64,000 nt of DNA from Yuukianura sp. NJ FZ-2021 (GCA_046563655.1 CM102290.1:6758001-6822000); one strand, 5' to 3'. Counted from the first letter of the stretch, positions 1-13,000 are shown. The notes: generated by a model not told the origin, from the sequence alone. Numbers and translations: made by a program.

Positions 1-3000
1 CTTGGGAGGGTTCCCGGCAGCATTCGGGGCCATCATCACCTCGAAAATCACTTCCCAAGGTGATAAATATCATTCTAACTTTTGATGGAAATGACATTGA
101 GAGGGTTCCTGACAGGGTCAGAGGCCATGACCACCCCAAAAATCACTTTCCAGTGTCAAAAAATCATTTTCATAACTTTTCATGAAAATTACTTTCGGAG
201 GCTTCCCGACAGCATCAGCGACCGTCATGACCCCGAAAATCGCTTCCCAAAGTCAAAAATATCGTTTTTCTAACTTTTGATGAAAATGACTTTGGAAGGG
301 TTAACGACAGGGTCAGCGGCCATTGAGAGGGTTCCTGACAGGGTCAGGGGCCATGACCACCCCGAAAATCAATTCCCAGAGTCAAAAAATCATTTTTTTA
401 ACTTTTTACGGAAATGGCTTTGGGAGGGTTCCCGGAATGGTCAGCGGCCATTGAGAGGGTTCCTGACAGGGTCAGGGGCCATGACCACCCCGAAAATCAA
501 TTCCGAGTCAAAAAATCATTTTCCTAACTTTTGACGGAAATGACTTTGGGAGGGTTCCCGGAATGGTCAGCGGCCATTGAGAGGGTTCCTGACAGGGTCA
601 GCGGCCATGACCACCCCGAAAATCAATTCCGAGTCACAAAATTATTTCCCTAGCTTTTGACGAAATGACTTTGGTAGGGTTCCTGACAAGGTCAGGGCCA
701 TCATCACCTCGAAAATCACTACCCAAGGTTGAAGATATCATTTTAACTTTTGATGGAAATGACCTGGGAGGGTTCCCGGCAGCATTCGGGGCCATCATCA
801 CCTCGAAAATCACTTCCCAAGGTGATAAATATCATTCTAACTTTTGATGGAAATGACATTGAGAGGGTTCCTGACAGGGTCAGAGGCCATGACCACCCCA
901 AAAATCACTTTCCAGTGTCAAAAAATCATTTTCATAACTTTTCATGAAAATTACTTTCGGAGGCTTCCCGACAGCATCAGCGACCGTCATGACCCCGAAA
1001 ATCGCTTCCCAAAGTCAAAAATATCGTTTTTCTAACTTTTGATGAAAATGACTTTGGAAGGGTTAACGACAGGGTCAGCGGCCAATGAGAGGGTTCCTGA
1101 CAGGGTCAGGGGCCATGACCACCCCGAAAATCAATTCCCAGAGTCAAAAAATCATTTTTCCAACTTTTGACGGAAATGGCTTTGGGAGGGTTCCCGGAAT
1201 GGTCAGCGGCCATTGAGAGGGTTCCTGACAGGGTCAGGGGCCATGACCACCCCGAAAATCAATTCCCAGAGTCAAAAAATCATTTTTTTTAACTTTTGAC
1301 GGAAATGGCTTTGGGAGGGTTCCCGGAATGGTCATCGGCCATTGAGAGGGTTCCTGACAGGGTCAGGGGCCATGACCACCCCGAAAATCAATTCCGAGTC
1401 AAAAAATCATTTTCCTAACTTTTGACGGAAATGACTTTGGGAGGGTTCCCGGAATGGTCAGCGGCCATTGAGAGGGTTCCTGACAGGGTCAGCGGCCATG
1501 ACCACCCCGAAAATCAATTCCGAGTCACAAAATTATTTCCCTAGCTTTTGACGAAATGACTTTGGTAGGGTTCCTGACAAGGTCAGGGCCATCATCACCT
1601 CGAAAATCACTACCCAAGGTTGAAGATATCATTTTAACTTTTGATGGAAATGACCTGGGAGGGTTCCCGGCAGCATTCGGGGCCATCATCACCTCGAAAA
1701 TCACTTCCCAAGGTGATAAATATCATTCTAACTTTTGATGGAAATGACATTGAGAGGGTTCCTGACAGGGTCAGAGGCCATGACCACCCCAAAAATCACT
1801 TTCCAGTGTCAAAAAATCATTTTCATAACTTTTCATGAAAATTACTTTCGGAGGCTTCCCGACAGCATCAGCGACCGTCATGACCCCGAAAATCGCTTCC
1901 CAAAGTCAAAAATATCGTTTTTCTAACTTTTGATGAAAATGACTTTGGAAGGGTTAACGACAGGGTCAGCGGCCATTGAGAGGGTTCCTGACAGGGTCAG
2001 GGGCCATGACCACCCCGAAAATCAATTCCCAGAGTCAAAAAATCATTTTTTTAACTTTTTACGGAAATGGCTTTGGGAGGGTTCCCGGAATGGTCAGCGG
2101 CCATTGAGAGGGTTCCTGACAGGGTCAGCGGCCATGACCACCCCGAAAATCAATTCCGAGTCACAAAATTATTTCCCTAGCTTTTGACGAAATGACTTTG
2201 GTAGGGTTCCTGACAAGGTCAGGGCCATCATCACCTCGAAAATCACTACCCAAGGTTGAAGATATCATTTTAACTTTTGATGGAAATGACCTGGGAGGGT
2301 TCCCGGCAGCATTCGGGGCCATCATCACCTCGAAAATCACTTCCCAAGGTGATAAATATCATTCTAACTTTTGATGGAAATGACATTGAGAGGGTTCCTG
2401 ACAGGGTCAGAGGCCATGACCACCCCAAAAATCACTTTCCAGTGTCAAAAAATCATTTTCATAACTTTTCATGAAAATTACTTTCGGAGGCTTCCCGACA
2501 GCATCAGCGACCGTCATGACCCCGAAAATCGCTTCCCAAAGTCAAAAATATCGTTTTTCTAACTTTTGATGAAAATGACTTTGGAAGGGTTAACGACAGG
2601 GTCAGCGGCCATTGAGAGGGTTCCTGACAGGGTCAGGGGCCATGACCACCCCGAAAATCAATTCCCAGAGTCAAAAAATCATTTTTTTAACTTTTTACGG
2701 AAATGGCTTTGGGAGGGTTCCCGGAATGGTCAGCGGCCATTGAGAGGGTTCCTGACAGGGTCAGGGGCCATGACCACCCCGAAAATCAATTCCGAGTCAA
2801 AAAATCATTTTCCTAACTTTTGACGGAAATGACTTTGGGAGGGTTCCCGGAATGGTCAGCGGCCATTGAGAGGGTTCCTGACAGGGTCAGCGGCCATGAC
2901 CACCCCGAAAATCAATTCCGAGTCACAAAATTATTTCCCTAGCTTTTGACGAAATGACTTTGGTAGGGTTCCTGACAAGGTCAGGGCCATCATCACCTCG

Positions 3001-6000
3001 AAAATCACTACCCAAGGTTGAAGATATCATTTTAACTTTTGATGGAAATGACCTGGGAGGGTTCCCGGCAGCATTCGGGGCCATCATCACCTCGAAAATC
3101 ACTTCCCAAGGTGATAAATATCATTCTAACTTTTGATGGAAATGACATTGAGAGGGTTCCTGACAGGGTCAGAGGCCATGACCACCCCAAAAATCACTTT
3201 CCAGTGTCAAAAAATCATTTTCATAACTTTTCATGAAAATTACTTTCGGAGGCTTCCCGACAGCATCAGCGACCGTCATGACCCCGAAAATCGCTTCCCA
3301 AAGTCAAAAATATCGTTTTTCTAACTTTTGATGAAAATGACTTTGGAAGGGTTAACGACAGGGTCAGCGGCCATTGAGAGGGTTCCTGACAGGGTCAGGG
3401 GCCATGACCACCCCGAAAATCAATTCCCAGAGTCAAAAAATCATTTTTTTAACTTTTTACGGAAATGGCTTTGGGAGGGTTCCCGGAATGGTCAGCGGCC
3501 ATTGAGAGGGTTCCTGACAGGGTCAGCGGCCATGACCACCCCGAAAATCAATTCCGAGTCACAAAATTATTTCCCTAGCTTTTGACGAAATGACTTTGGT
3601 AGGGTTCCTGACAAGGTCAGGGCCATCATCACCTCGAAAATCACTACCCAAGGTTGAAGATATCATTTTAACTTTTGATGGAAATGACCTGGGAGGGTTC
3701 CCGGCAGCATTCGGGGCCATCATCACCTCGAAAATCACTTCCCAAGGTGATAAATATCATTCTAACTTTTGATGGAAATGACATTGAGAGGGTTCCTGAC
3801 AGGGTCAGAGGCCATGACCACCCCAAAAATCACTTTCCAGTGTCAAAAAATCATTTTCATAACTTTTCATGAAAATTACTTTCGGAGGCTTCCCGACAGC
3901 ATCAGCGACCGTCATGACCCCGAAAATCGCTTCCCAAAGTCAAAAATATCGTTTTTCTAACTTTTGATGAAAATGACTTTGGAAGGGTTAACGACAGGGT
4001 CAGCGGCCATTGAGAGGGTTCCTGACAGGGTCAGGGGCCATGACCACCCCGAAAATCAATTCCCAGAGTCAAAAAATCATTTTTTTAACTTTTTACGGAA
4101 ATGGCTTTGGGAGGGTTCCCGGAATGGTCAGCGGCCATTGAGAGGGTTCCTGACAGGGTCAGCGGCCATGACCACCCCGAAAATCAATTCCGAGTCACAA
4201 AATTATTTCCCTAGCTTTTGACGAAATGACTTTGGTAGGGTTCCTGACAAGGTCAGGGCCATCATCACCTCGAAAATCACTACCCAAGGTTGAAGATATC
4301 ATTTTAACTTTTGATGGAAATGACCTGGGAGGGTTCCCGGCAGCATTCGGGGCCATCATCACCTCGAAAATCACTTCCCAAGGTGATAAATATCATTCTA
4401 ACTTTTGATGGAAATGACATTGAGAGGGTTCCTGACAGGGTCAGAGGCCATGACCACCCCAAAAATCACTTTCCAGTGTCAAAAAATCATTTTCATAACT
4501 TTTCATGAAAATTACTTTCGGAGGCTTCCCGACAGCATCAGCGACCGTCATGACCCCGAAAATCGCTTCCCAAAGTCAAAAATATCGTTTTTCTAACTTT
4601 TGATGAAAATGACTTTGGAAGGGTTAACGACAGGGTCAGCGGCCATTGAGAGGGTTCCTGACAGGGTCAGGGGCCATGACCACCCCGAAAATCAATTCCC
4701 AGAGTCAAAAAATCATTTTTTTAACTTTTTACGGAAATGGCTTTGGGAGGGTTCCCGGAATGGTCAGCGGCCATTGAGAGGGTTCCTGACAGGGTCAGCG
4801 GCCATGACCACCCCGAAAATCAATTCCGAGTCACAAAATTATTTCCCTAGCTTTTGACGAAATGACTTTGGTAGGGTTCCTGACAAGGTCAGGGCCATCA
4901 TCACCTCGAAAATCACTACCCAAGGTTGAAGATATCATTTTAACTTTTGATGGAAATGACCTGGGAGGGTTCCCGGCAGCATTCGGGGCCATCATCACCT
5001 CGAAAATCACTTCCCAAGGTGATAAATATCATTCTAACTTTTGATGGAAATGACATTGAGAGGGTTCCTGACAGGGTCAGAGGCCATGACCACCCCAAAA
5101 ATCACTTTCCAGTGTCAAAAAATCATTTTCATAACTTTTCATGAAAATTACTTTCGGAGGCTTCCCGACAGCATCAGCGACCGTCATGACCCCGAAAATC
5201 GCTTCCCAAAGTCAAAAATATCGTTTTTCTAACTTTTGATGAAAATGACTTTGGAAGGGTTAACGACAGGGTCAGCGGCCATTGAGAGGGTTCCTGACAG
5301 GGTCAGGGGCCATGACCACCCCGAAAATCAATTCCCAGAGTCAAAAAATCATTTTTTTAACTTTTTACGGAAATGGCTTTGGGAGGGTTCCCGGAATGGT
5401 CAGCGGCCATTGAGAGGGTTCCTGACAGGGTCAGCGGCCATGACCACCCCGAAAATCAATTCCGAGTCACAAAATTATTTCCCTAGCTTTTGACGAAATG
5501 ACTTTGGTAGGGTTCCTGACAAGGTCAGGGCCATCATCACCTCGAAAATCACTACCCAAGGTTGAAGATATCATTTTAACTTTTGATGGAAATGACCTGG
5601 GAGGGTTCCCGGCAGCATTCGGGGCCATCATCACCTCGAAAATCACTTCCCAAGGTGATAAATATCATTCTAACTTTTGATGGAAATGACATTGAGAGGG
5701 TTCCTGACAGGGTCAGAGGCCATGACCACCCCAAAAATCACTTTCCAGTGTCAAAAAATCATTTTCATAACTTTTCATGAAAATTACTTTCGGAGGCTTC
5801 CCGACAGCATCAGCGACCGTCATGACCCCGAAAATCGCTTCCCAAAGTCAAAAATATCGTTTTTCTAACTTTTGATGAAAATGACTTTGGAAGGGTTAAC
5901 GACAGGGTCAGCGGCCATTGAGAGGGTTCCTGACAGGGTCAGGGGCCATGACCACCCCGAAAATCAATTCCCAGAGTCAAAAAATCATTTTTTTAACTTT

Positions 6001-7372
6001 TTACGGAAATGGCTTTGGGAGGGTTCCCGGAATGGTCAGCGGCCATTGAGAGGGTTCCTGACAGGGTCAGCGGCCATGACCACCCCGAAAATCAATTCCG
6101 AGTCACAAAATTATTTCCCTAGCTTTTGACGAAATGACTTTGGTAGGGTTCCTGACAAGGTCAGGGCCATCATCACCTCGAAAATCACTACCCAAGGTTG
6201 AAGATATCATTTTAACTTTTGATGGAAATGACCTGGGAGGGTTCCCGGCAGCATTCGGGGCCATCATCACCTCGAAAATCACTTCCCAAGGTGATAAATA
6301 TCATTCTAACTTTTGATGGAAATGACATTGAGAGGGTTCCTGACAGGGTCAGAGGCCATGACCACCCCAAAAATCACTTTCCAGTGTCAAAAAATCATTT
6401 TCATAACTTTTCATGAAAATTACTTTCGGAGGCTTCCCGACAGCATCAGCGACCGTCATGACCCCGAAAATCGCTTCCCAAAGTCAAAAATATCGTTTTT
6501 CTAACTTTTGATGAAAATGACTTTGGAAGGGTTAACGACAGGGTCAGCGGCCATTGAGAGGGTTCCTGACAGGGTCAGGGGCCATGACCACCCCGAAAAT
6601 CAATTCCCAGAGTCAAAAAATCATTTTTTTAACTTTTTACGGAAATGGCTTTGGGAGGGTTCCCGGAATGGTCAGCGGCCATTGAGAGGGTTCCTGACAG
6701 GGTCAGCGGCCATGACCACCCCGAAAATCAATTCCGAGTCACAAAATTATTTCCCTAGCTTTTGACGAAATGACTTTGGTAGGGTTCCTGACAAGGTCAG
6801 GGCCATCATCACCTCGAAAATCACTACCCAAGGTTGAAGATATCATTTTAACTTTTGATGGAAATGACCTGGGAGGGTTCCCGGCAGCATTCGGGGCCAT
6901 CATCACCTCGAAAATCACTTCCCAAGGTGATAAATATCATTCTAACTTTTGATGGAAATGACATTGAGAGGGTTCCTGACAGGGTCAGAGGCCATGACCA
7001 CCCCAAAAATCACTTTCCAGTGTCAAAAAATCATTTTCATAACTTTTCATGAAAATTACTTTCGGAGGCTTCCCGACAGCATCAGCGACCGTCATGACCC
7101 CGAAAATTGCTTCCCAAAGTCAAAAATATCGTTTTTCTAACTTTTGATGAAAATGACTTTGGAAGGGTTAACGACAGGGTCAGCGGCCATTGGGAGGGTT
7201 TCCGACAGCGTCAGGCGCCATCACCACCCCGAAAATCAGTTCCAAAAGTCAAAAATATCATTTTCCTGATTTTTGATGAAAATGCCTTTGGCAGGGTTCC
7301 TGACAGTGTCAGGTGCCACCCCGAAAATCACATCCCAAAGTCAAAAATATCATTTTAACTTTTGATGAGAAT
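1..7372. repeat. Satellite DNA array with higher-order repeats (HORs of 636/762/891 bp; monomers 93-98 bp and 126-129 bp); runs off the left edge of the window
   Basis: Monomers begin at TAACTTTT/TAGCTTTT (76, 173, 271, 399, 525, 651, 744, 838...). HOR starts: 76 (762 bp), 838 (891), 1729 (636), 2365 (762), then six 636-bp units from 3127 to 6942, then a partial and more diverged unit to ~7372. The identical short ORFs in the track recur with these periods. Confidence 0.97.
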
Positions 7373-8310
7373 GAGTTTCGGATGAGTTTTGGATGACGCT
7401 GGTATGAGTTACGGATGACTTTCAGATGGCATTCGGTTGAGTTACGCATGAGAATGGGATGAGCTTCAAATGACTTACATGTAAGGTTGGGATCAGTTTC
7501 GGCTGAGTTACATATGGGATTAGGGTGAAATTTAGATAGGTTACATATAAGATTGGGATGAGTTACGGATGAGATCGGGGTGAGTTTTGGATGAGGTAAG
7601 GATGAGTTTCGGATGAGTTTTGGATGACGCTCGGATGAGTTACAGATGAGATTGGGATGAGTTTCGGAGGACTTTCGCATGAGCTTCGGATGACTTACAT
7701 GTAAGATTTGGATCAGTTACGGCTGAGTTACATATGGGATTGGGATGAATTTTTGATGAGTTACATATGAGATTGGGATGAGTTTCGGATGAGTTACGGA
7801 TGAGATCGGGGTGAGTTTTGGATGAGGTAAGGATGAGGTAAAGATGAGGTAAAGTTGAACTTGGGATGAGTTTCGGATGAGTTTTGAATGACGCTCGGAT
7901 GAGATCGGGATGAGTTTTGGATGAGATAAGGATAAGTTTGGGAGGAGTTTCGGATAAGTTCGGGATGAGCTTCAAATGAGTTTTGGAGGACTTTCGCGTG
8001 AGCTACGGATGACTTACATGTAAGATTGGGATCAGTATCGGCTGAGTACCATATGGGATTGGGATGAATTTTAGATGAGTTACATATGAGATTGGGATGA
8101 GTTTCGGATGAGATCGGGGTGAGTTTCGGATGAGGTAAGGATGAGGTAAAGATGAGGTTCGGATGACTTCCGGATGAGTCACAGACGAGATTAAGATGAC
8201 TTTCGGATGATTTACATATGAGATTGGATGAGTTTCGGATGACTTTTGGAGGAGCTATGGATGATCTTCTAATAAGATTGGGATGAGTTTCGAATGAGAT
8301 CGGGAAGAGT
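7373..8310. repeat. 11-bp-unit degenerate satellite/minisatellite (consensus ~GGATGAGTTTC / GGATGAGTTAC), G-rich on the + strand
   Basis: Dozens of GATGAG-cored units at 11-bp spacing; an internal block of ~120 bp recurs at ~7459, ~7679 and ~7998. Confidence 0.92.
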
Positions 8311-8649
8311 TTTTTTTTTGATAAGTTAGACGCCGCTTCCTTCGGGCTCGAAGCCCATGAGGCAAAATCATTTTGCCTGAAAAGGGGTCACAAGGAGTTC
8401 GAATTACGGTGTCATGTAATGAAAATACAGCTGAATGTGATGAGTGTTGCGATGCCCCGGGTTCTGGAACTTATGCAGAAGGAACAACGTTCAAAGTTCA
8501 ATTTTCAACTTATAAGGCTAAATTTAGATGTGATGACGTATTAGGTCAAGAAAAGCAAACATTTTCCAGAGAAATCCAACAATTCAGAAATTCAGGCTGG
8601 AAGGATGGCGCCATCTCGGTCTACGGTGAAAGTTTTGATTGAATTTCCA

Positions 8650-9160
8650 TTAAGCATCGTCATCTTCCCTTGTCTGATCTCAAACCTGGCACTGGGATGA
8701 TCGGTTCTGAGTTGTTTTCTGGCGGCTCTTAAAATTCCTTCTTTTTGACGGTCGATTTTGTTCTTTCTGGGTAAATAAAAACTTTCCTCATAAAAGAATT
8801 ATTAAGTTGCTGAGACTTTCGCTCCAAAATGGTGTACTTGTCTCTTTTGCGCAGTAATTTCACTTGAACAAGCCGGGCTCTATAGGTCTTCCTTCCTAAT
8901 CGTCCGTACTGGCTGAATTCCATCGATGGATGGTTCAGTTTTTGAAAAACTGTTCTTACGGTTTGGTATAGGTCCTCAAATGACTCATTTTCTTCTTCAT
9001 TTCCGGCGATGATGAAGACCAGTTTCTTATTGACTTATTGACTCTATTCAATTCTTCGTCGATGCCGTCGAATCGATTGTCCACTGCAACGGGGTCGAAG
9101 GTGTCATTGCCCTTTAGTTTTTCCCACATCGGTTGCCATTCTAGGAATTGCTGCACTTAG
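8650..9160 (-). pseudogene. Degraded non-LTR retrotransposon (LINE) ORF1-like RNA-binding domain fragment inserted in the 11-bp satellite
   Basis: Minus-strand reading NKKLVFIIAGNEEENESFEDLYQTVRTVFQKLNHPSMEFSQYGRLGRKTYRARLVQVKLLRKRDKYTILERKSQQL...KVFIYPERTK, then after a frameshift RQKEGILRAARKQLR. This matches the pattern of L1/L2/CR1-type ORF1 RRM regions (IIxGxxE...RLG...RxRxVxVK...KxxIL...VFIxPDxT) as recalled. A coiled-coil-like stretch lies upstream in another frame. Confidence 0.6.
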
Positions 9161-9418
9161 AAACAGTTGATCTTCTAACGTGCCCAGGAGAGGGTCACCA
9201 CGTTGAAGTAAATCCTTATTTTCTTGTGGTCATTGATCAGCGGAGAAGAAGCGTGTCGTTTTACTGAAGAGGGCTGAGTTAAATTCGGGTTTAATGAAGT
9301 AAGACTGGACCTTGAGCTCGAAGGGGAACTGTATTGGTTGAATATGCTAGATTTAGTAACAGATTAGGAAGCGTATCATTAATATGCTCCTGTCTCCGAC
9401 AGGATCTCAAATCGAACC

Positions 9419-9687
9419 GATCGGGATGAGTCAGATGAGGTACGGATGAGTTTTGGATGAGTTGCGGATGACTTTCGGATAAAATTGTTATGAGTTACGT
9501 ATGAAATTGTGATGTGTTTCGGATGAGTTACGGATGAGTTATGGATGAGCTTGGGGTGAGTTTCGAATGAGTTTCGGATGAATTTTGGATGAGGTACGGA
9601 TGAGTTTTGGATGAGTTACGGATGAGATTGGGATGACTTTTGGAGGGCTTTCGGATTAGATTAGGAAGAGTTACGGATGCGATTGGG
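9419..9687. repeat. Second block of the 11-bp GGATGAG satellite
   Basis: Same unit as 7373-8310, resuming after the ~1.1-kb insertion. Confidence 0.9.
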
Positions 9688-9908
9688 TGTGAGGAAGCAA
9701 AAGTAAGGTTGGCAATGTTGTATACTGCACCAAGGTTAACTCCTAGTCCAGAAGAAGTAACAACCAGACTTTGCTATCCACCTTGTGGCTGGTCTAGTAA
9801 CAACGCCTTCCTTACCCACAGTTTGTCGTTTCAGCGATAAAAGTTTGTTTCAAAACTTTAAAAGTTGTTTATTGGTTTGTTCGCTAAATACTTACCCAAG
9901 TATTTACA
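9688..9908. mobile_element. Possible solo-LTR-like segment
   Basis: Starts TGT at the abrupt end of the satellite and ends ...TATTTACA, with an internal ATAAAAG...TTTTATT tract. No target-site duplication seen. Confidence 0.25.
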
Positions 9909-9940
9909 CCGGCTACCCTCGGGCATGCGTTGCAGTTTCA

Positions 9941-10032
9941 TGCTGCAGTTCGAATCCGCCTCCTTCAGTGAAGTTACGTGTGGTGGTGGTTAAGTTTAAC
10001 TTACCTCAAGGGGGTGGATTCGAACTGCAGCA
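9941..10032. repeat. Small hairpin / mini-MITE with 25-bp inverted arms
   Basis: TGCTGCAGTTCGAATCCGCCTCCTT at 9941 pairs with AAGGGGGTGGATTCGAACTGCAGCA ending at 10032 (2 mismatches). Confidence 0.7.
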
Positions 10033-13000
10033 CGGTGTCTAATTTTAGAAAATTTTGGTTCAAAAACATTTGGTAGCCGTTAAACCTATTAGTTATACAT
10101 AGTTTTGATGCAAAATGCCGAAAAATGTTTGCCGTGGGTGATTTTGACCGGAGAAATCCGAAATTAGGATATTTCGTGTTTCCAATGACTTTTCTTGAAG
10201 TTTCTCAATTTACACTATTAGGTCAATATAAAAGAGCGCTACATATTAATTTTCAGCTCTAGTTTTCACAAGATGGCTGTTAGGGGTTATATCGTCTTAA
10301 CCGATTTTTTGGGTAAAGTTTGGCGTAGTCTCCAAGTAAACCGCTACGCTAAAACTAATCTGTAACCACCTCATCTCTAATCACCAGGGATGTCAAACAT
10401 ATGTGCTAATAACTCCACAAATATTTATTTAATTATATAGCAAAAAAAGCCCGAAATATGGACAAACATATTTACTAAAAATAGAATATTTACTAAAAAA
10501 TGGACTAATTTTCTGTTACAAGAACCTTTTCTTAGCTTCAAACCAACAAAAATGCGTTCGATTTAGGTCGGCGCAAGATTGCTATAGCGACCATTTATAC
10601 AAATGGCGTAAGAGGTTATGTCATAACTCCGATTTTTCAAAATAAACAAGATAAAACAACTTTTGTACGAATTTTGTTGTCTCACCAAAAATATTGGTTT
10701 TTTTTCTTACGCTTTGCTATAGGGTAGGTGGGGGTAACTGTGGTACGGGGTAACTTGTGATAGTCGGCTATAACTTTGTTATTGTAACGATTTAAGAAAA
10801 TCTAAAAATTAGCTGAGATAGCTGGGGCTAAGTGCTTCATGGTGGGTAAAGGAGGGAGATAATTAAGTCACATTTTCTTACTGAAATCAGTGACACAGCT
10901 GTTAGACCAACTTACAACTCTTCATCCAAATTCTGCTTGCAGATTTTACAATTCAGTTTGCATGGTCTAAGATACGATTTAAACAGTGACTATTATCTCA
11001 ATCGACATCATCATTGTGGTTAGTGTTGCAATATGATTAGTTTTCAATTTTAGGTAGTTTCGTTAATTAGTTAAACTGATTACCACAATTTCCCCACAAA
11101 TTCACGAAAGTGGGGGCAACTGTGGTTTTAACTAAAGAATAGGAGACTGACGCATAATATATTTTAGATGGTGCGAAAATACGTTCGCAAGACGGACAAA
11201 CGTCAATGGGACAGTGTGCTCATACGCAAAGCGGAAATGCGGAAATGCTAAAAACGATTAGTCGGTTTTCAGAAAAAAGAATTCCAGAAATGCGGGGTTT
11301 ATAATTCCAACATGGAATTTCCAGTCACTCGGGCTACAATTGATGAATCAAACTTTGATCCTACAAAACTTGAGCGTTACAAACGAACTGAACTGAACGA
11401 CACTGAAATTCCCGAGTTGGTCACAACACCGATTGTAGCTGTCGCTACAAATTCTGTTATTCCTCCTGAAAACATTTTTTCGGATTTTGCAAAGATTCTT
11501 CTGCAAACTGTTTCTCCTCAAATCGCTAACGTCACCACTGTGGAAAAAAAAACGAATTGATAATGATAACGCAGAGATCATCACAAAGGAGTCATACCTC
11601 AAGAAAGTATAGGAAGAAAAACTGATCACAAAATCTAAGAAGATTTCTACTCCAAAAGTGACAAAAGCTAGAGCTTCAAAAGAAAACAAACCACCAAGTG
11701 AAAAACAATCGATCAAAAAATGGGATAAGCGATGTCTTTTCTAAATTTAACTGATTTGTCTATAGCTCACATGCCTCTGTCACTTAATCGTCGACTTTGG
11801 ATCAATTAAATGTCTTATCCGTAACCAAAATACTACCTACCACAGTTTCCCGCAGACCTACCACAATTACCCCATTTTTGCGGGTAACTGTGATAGGTGA
11901 TTTTGAAATTTTGAAAATTATTTAAAAATACTTAAGCATTGAAATTTTTAAAACGTAGGTGGTGGTATTAACTTAGAACAGTATGTGCTAGGCAAGCGTG
12001 GTCTTTAGTTAATTTGTAGTGCTACAAGTTGCGACATTTAAGACGCAAAAGTCGAAAACGTGAAAAAAACTACCACAGTTACCCCCACCTACCCTAGGAA
12101 GCTTTAGTTTTGATTTCAAATTGCTAACGCAACGGAAGTGTGTAAGGGTAGCGCAAGACGTTTGATTCAAAAAATTTAAAATCAAGTAAGCAGGAGTTTT
12201 TACATAACCTTATAAGAAGAAATAAAATTTCGAGTTAAACAAGCTTGGGTCGGCGTGTGGCAAACGTGGCATTAACCGGAAAGAATCAACGGATGTGCTT
12301 GTCCATTTGTGCACTTGTGAAAATACTCTATGAATATGTCCTGCCGACAAATTTTGGGCGTGATTTACCCAGGTGAGAGGCGACATGAGTTAATAACAAC
12401 GCCGTTATTAAATTCCATCCTTCCGCTCAATTAAGCAAAAAATGCCGAAAACGATGACTTCTTGCCGAAAAACGGAACAACCTCTCTCTGCTAATCACCT
12501 AACCGTTGCGGGCTTGTATTATCACGTATTGTTGTAATTGAGCATTAGATCTAAACAAAATACCTATTGTGTTAATCATTTACTATTGCTCCAAGAATTA
12601 CTATGAAACCAAAGCAGTAGTCCTGTAATGGTCAAAATACATTATGAGTATGACGTTTACTATCAGAGGAAACATTTTTACGACAGATCTCCCCCCATAC
12701 TCCACTACTTTTTGAGAGGTCATTTAAAATCGTATAATACCACTTTTCAAATGTAGGATCCAAAAGGTCGAGAGAAGTTATTGGTCGCCTAGGGTCATAG
12801 CTTTCCAACGGCACCTTGACTCAATCGATCCGGCTCTTTGCCCGGAAGACTATGCAAACGTTTACCCCGAAAATGAGTTAGAACAATATGACTCCGCCAT
12901 CTTGTGACTTATAGAGCCGAAAATTAGAATGCAGCGCTCTTTTCTAGTGATTTAATGGCGCAAATTGAGAAACTTCATTAAAAGTCATCGGAAACACGAA

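Noticed and set aside
82..7358. Dozens of repeated 60-85 aa ORFs, or a CRISPR-like array
   Set aside because: They are translations of the satellite. There are no unique spacers and no cas genes, and the context is eukaryotic.
7309..7975. Minus-strand repetitive ORFs (SETHPNLICNSS...)
   Set aside because: They result from the 11-bp periodicity, with no splice or domain support.
9945..9962. GTTCGAATCC as a tRNA or SINE B-box
   Set aside because: No cloverleaf or A-box; the motif is simply part of an inverted-repeat arm.
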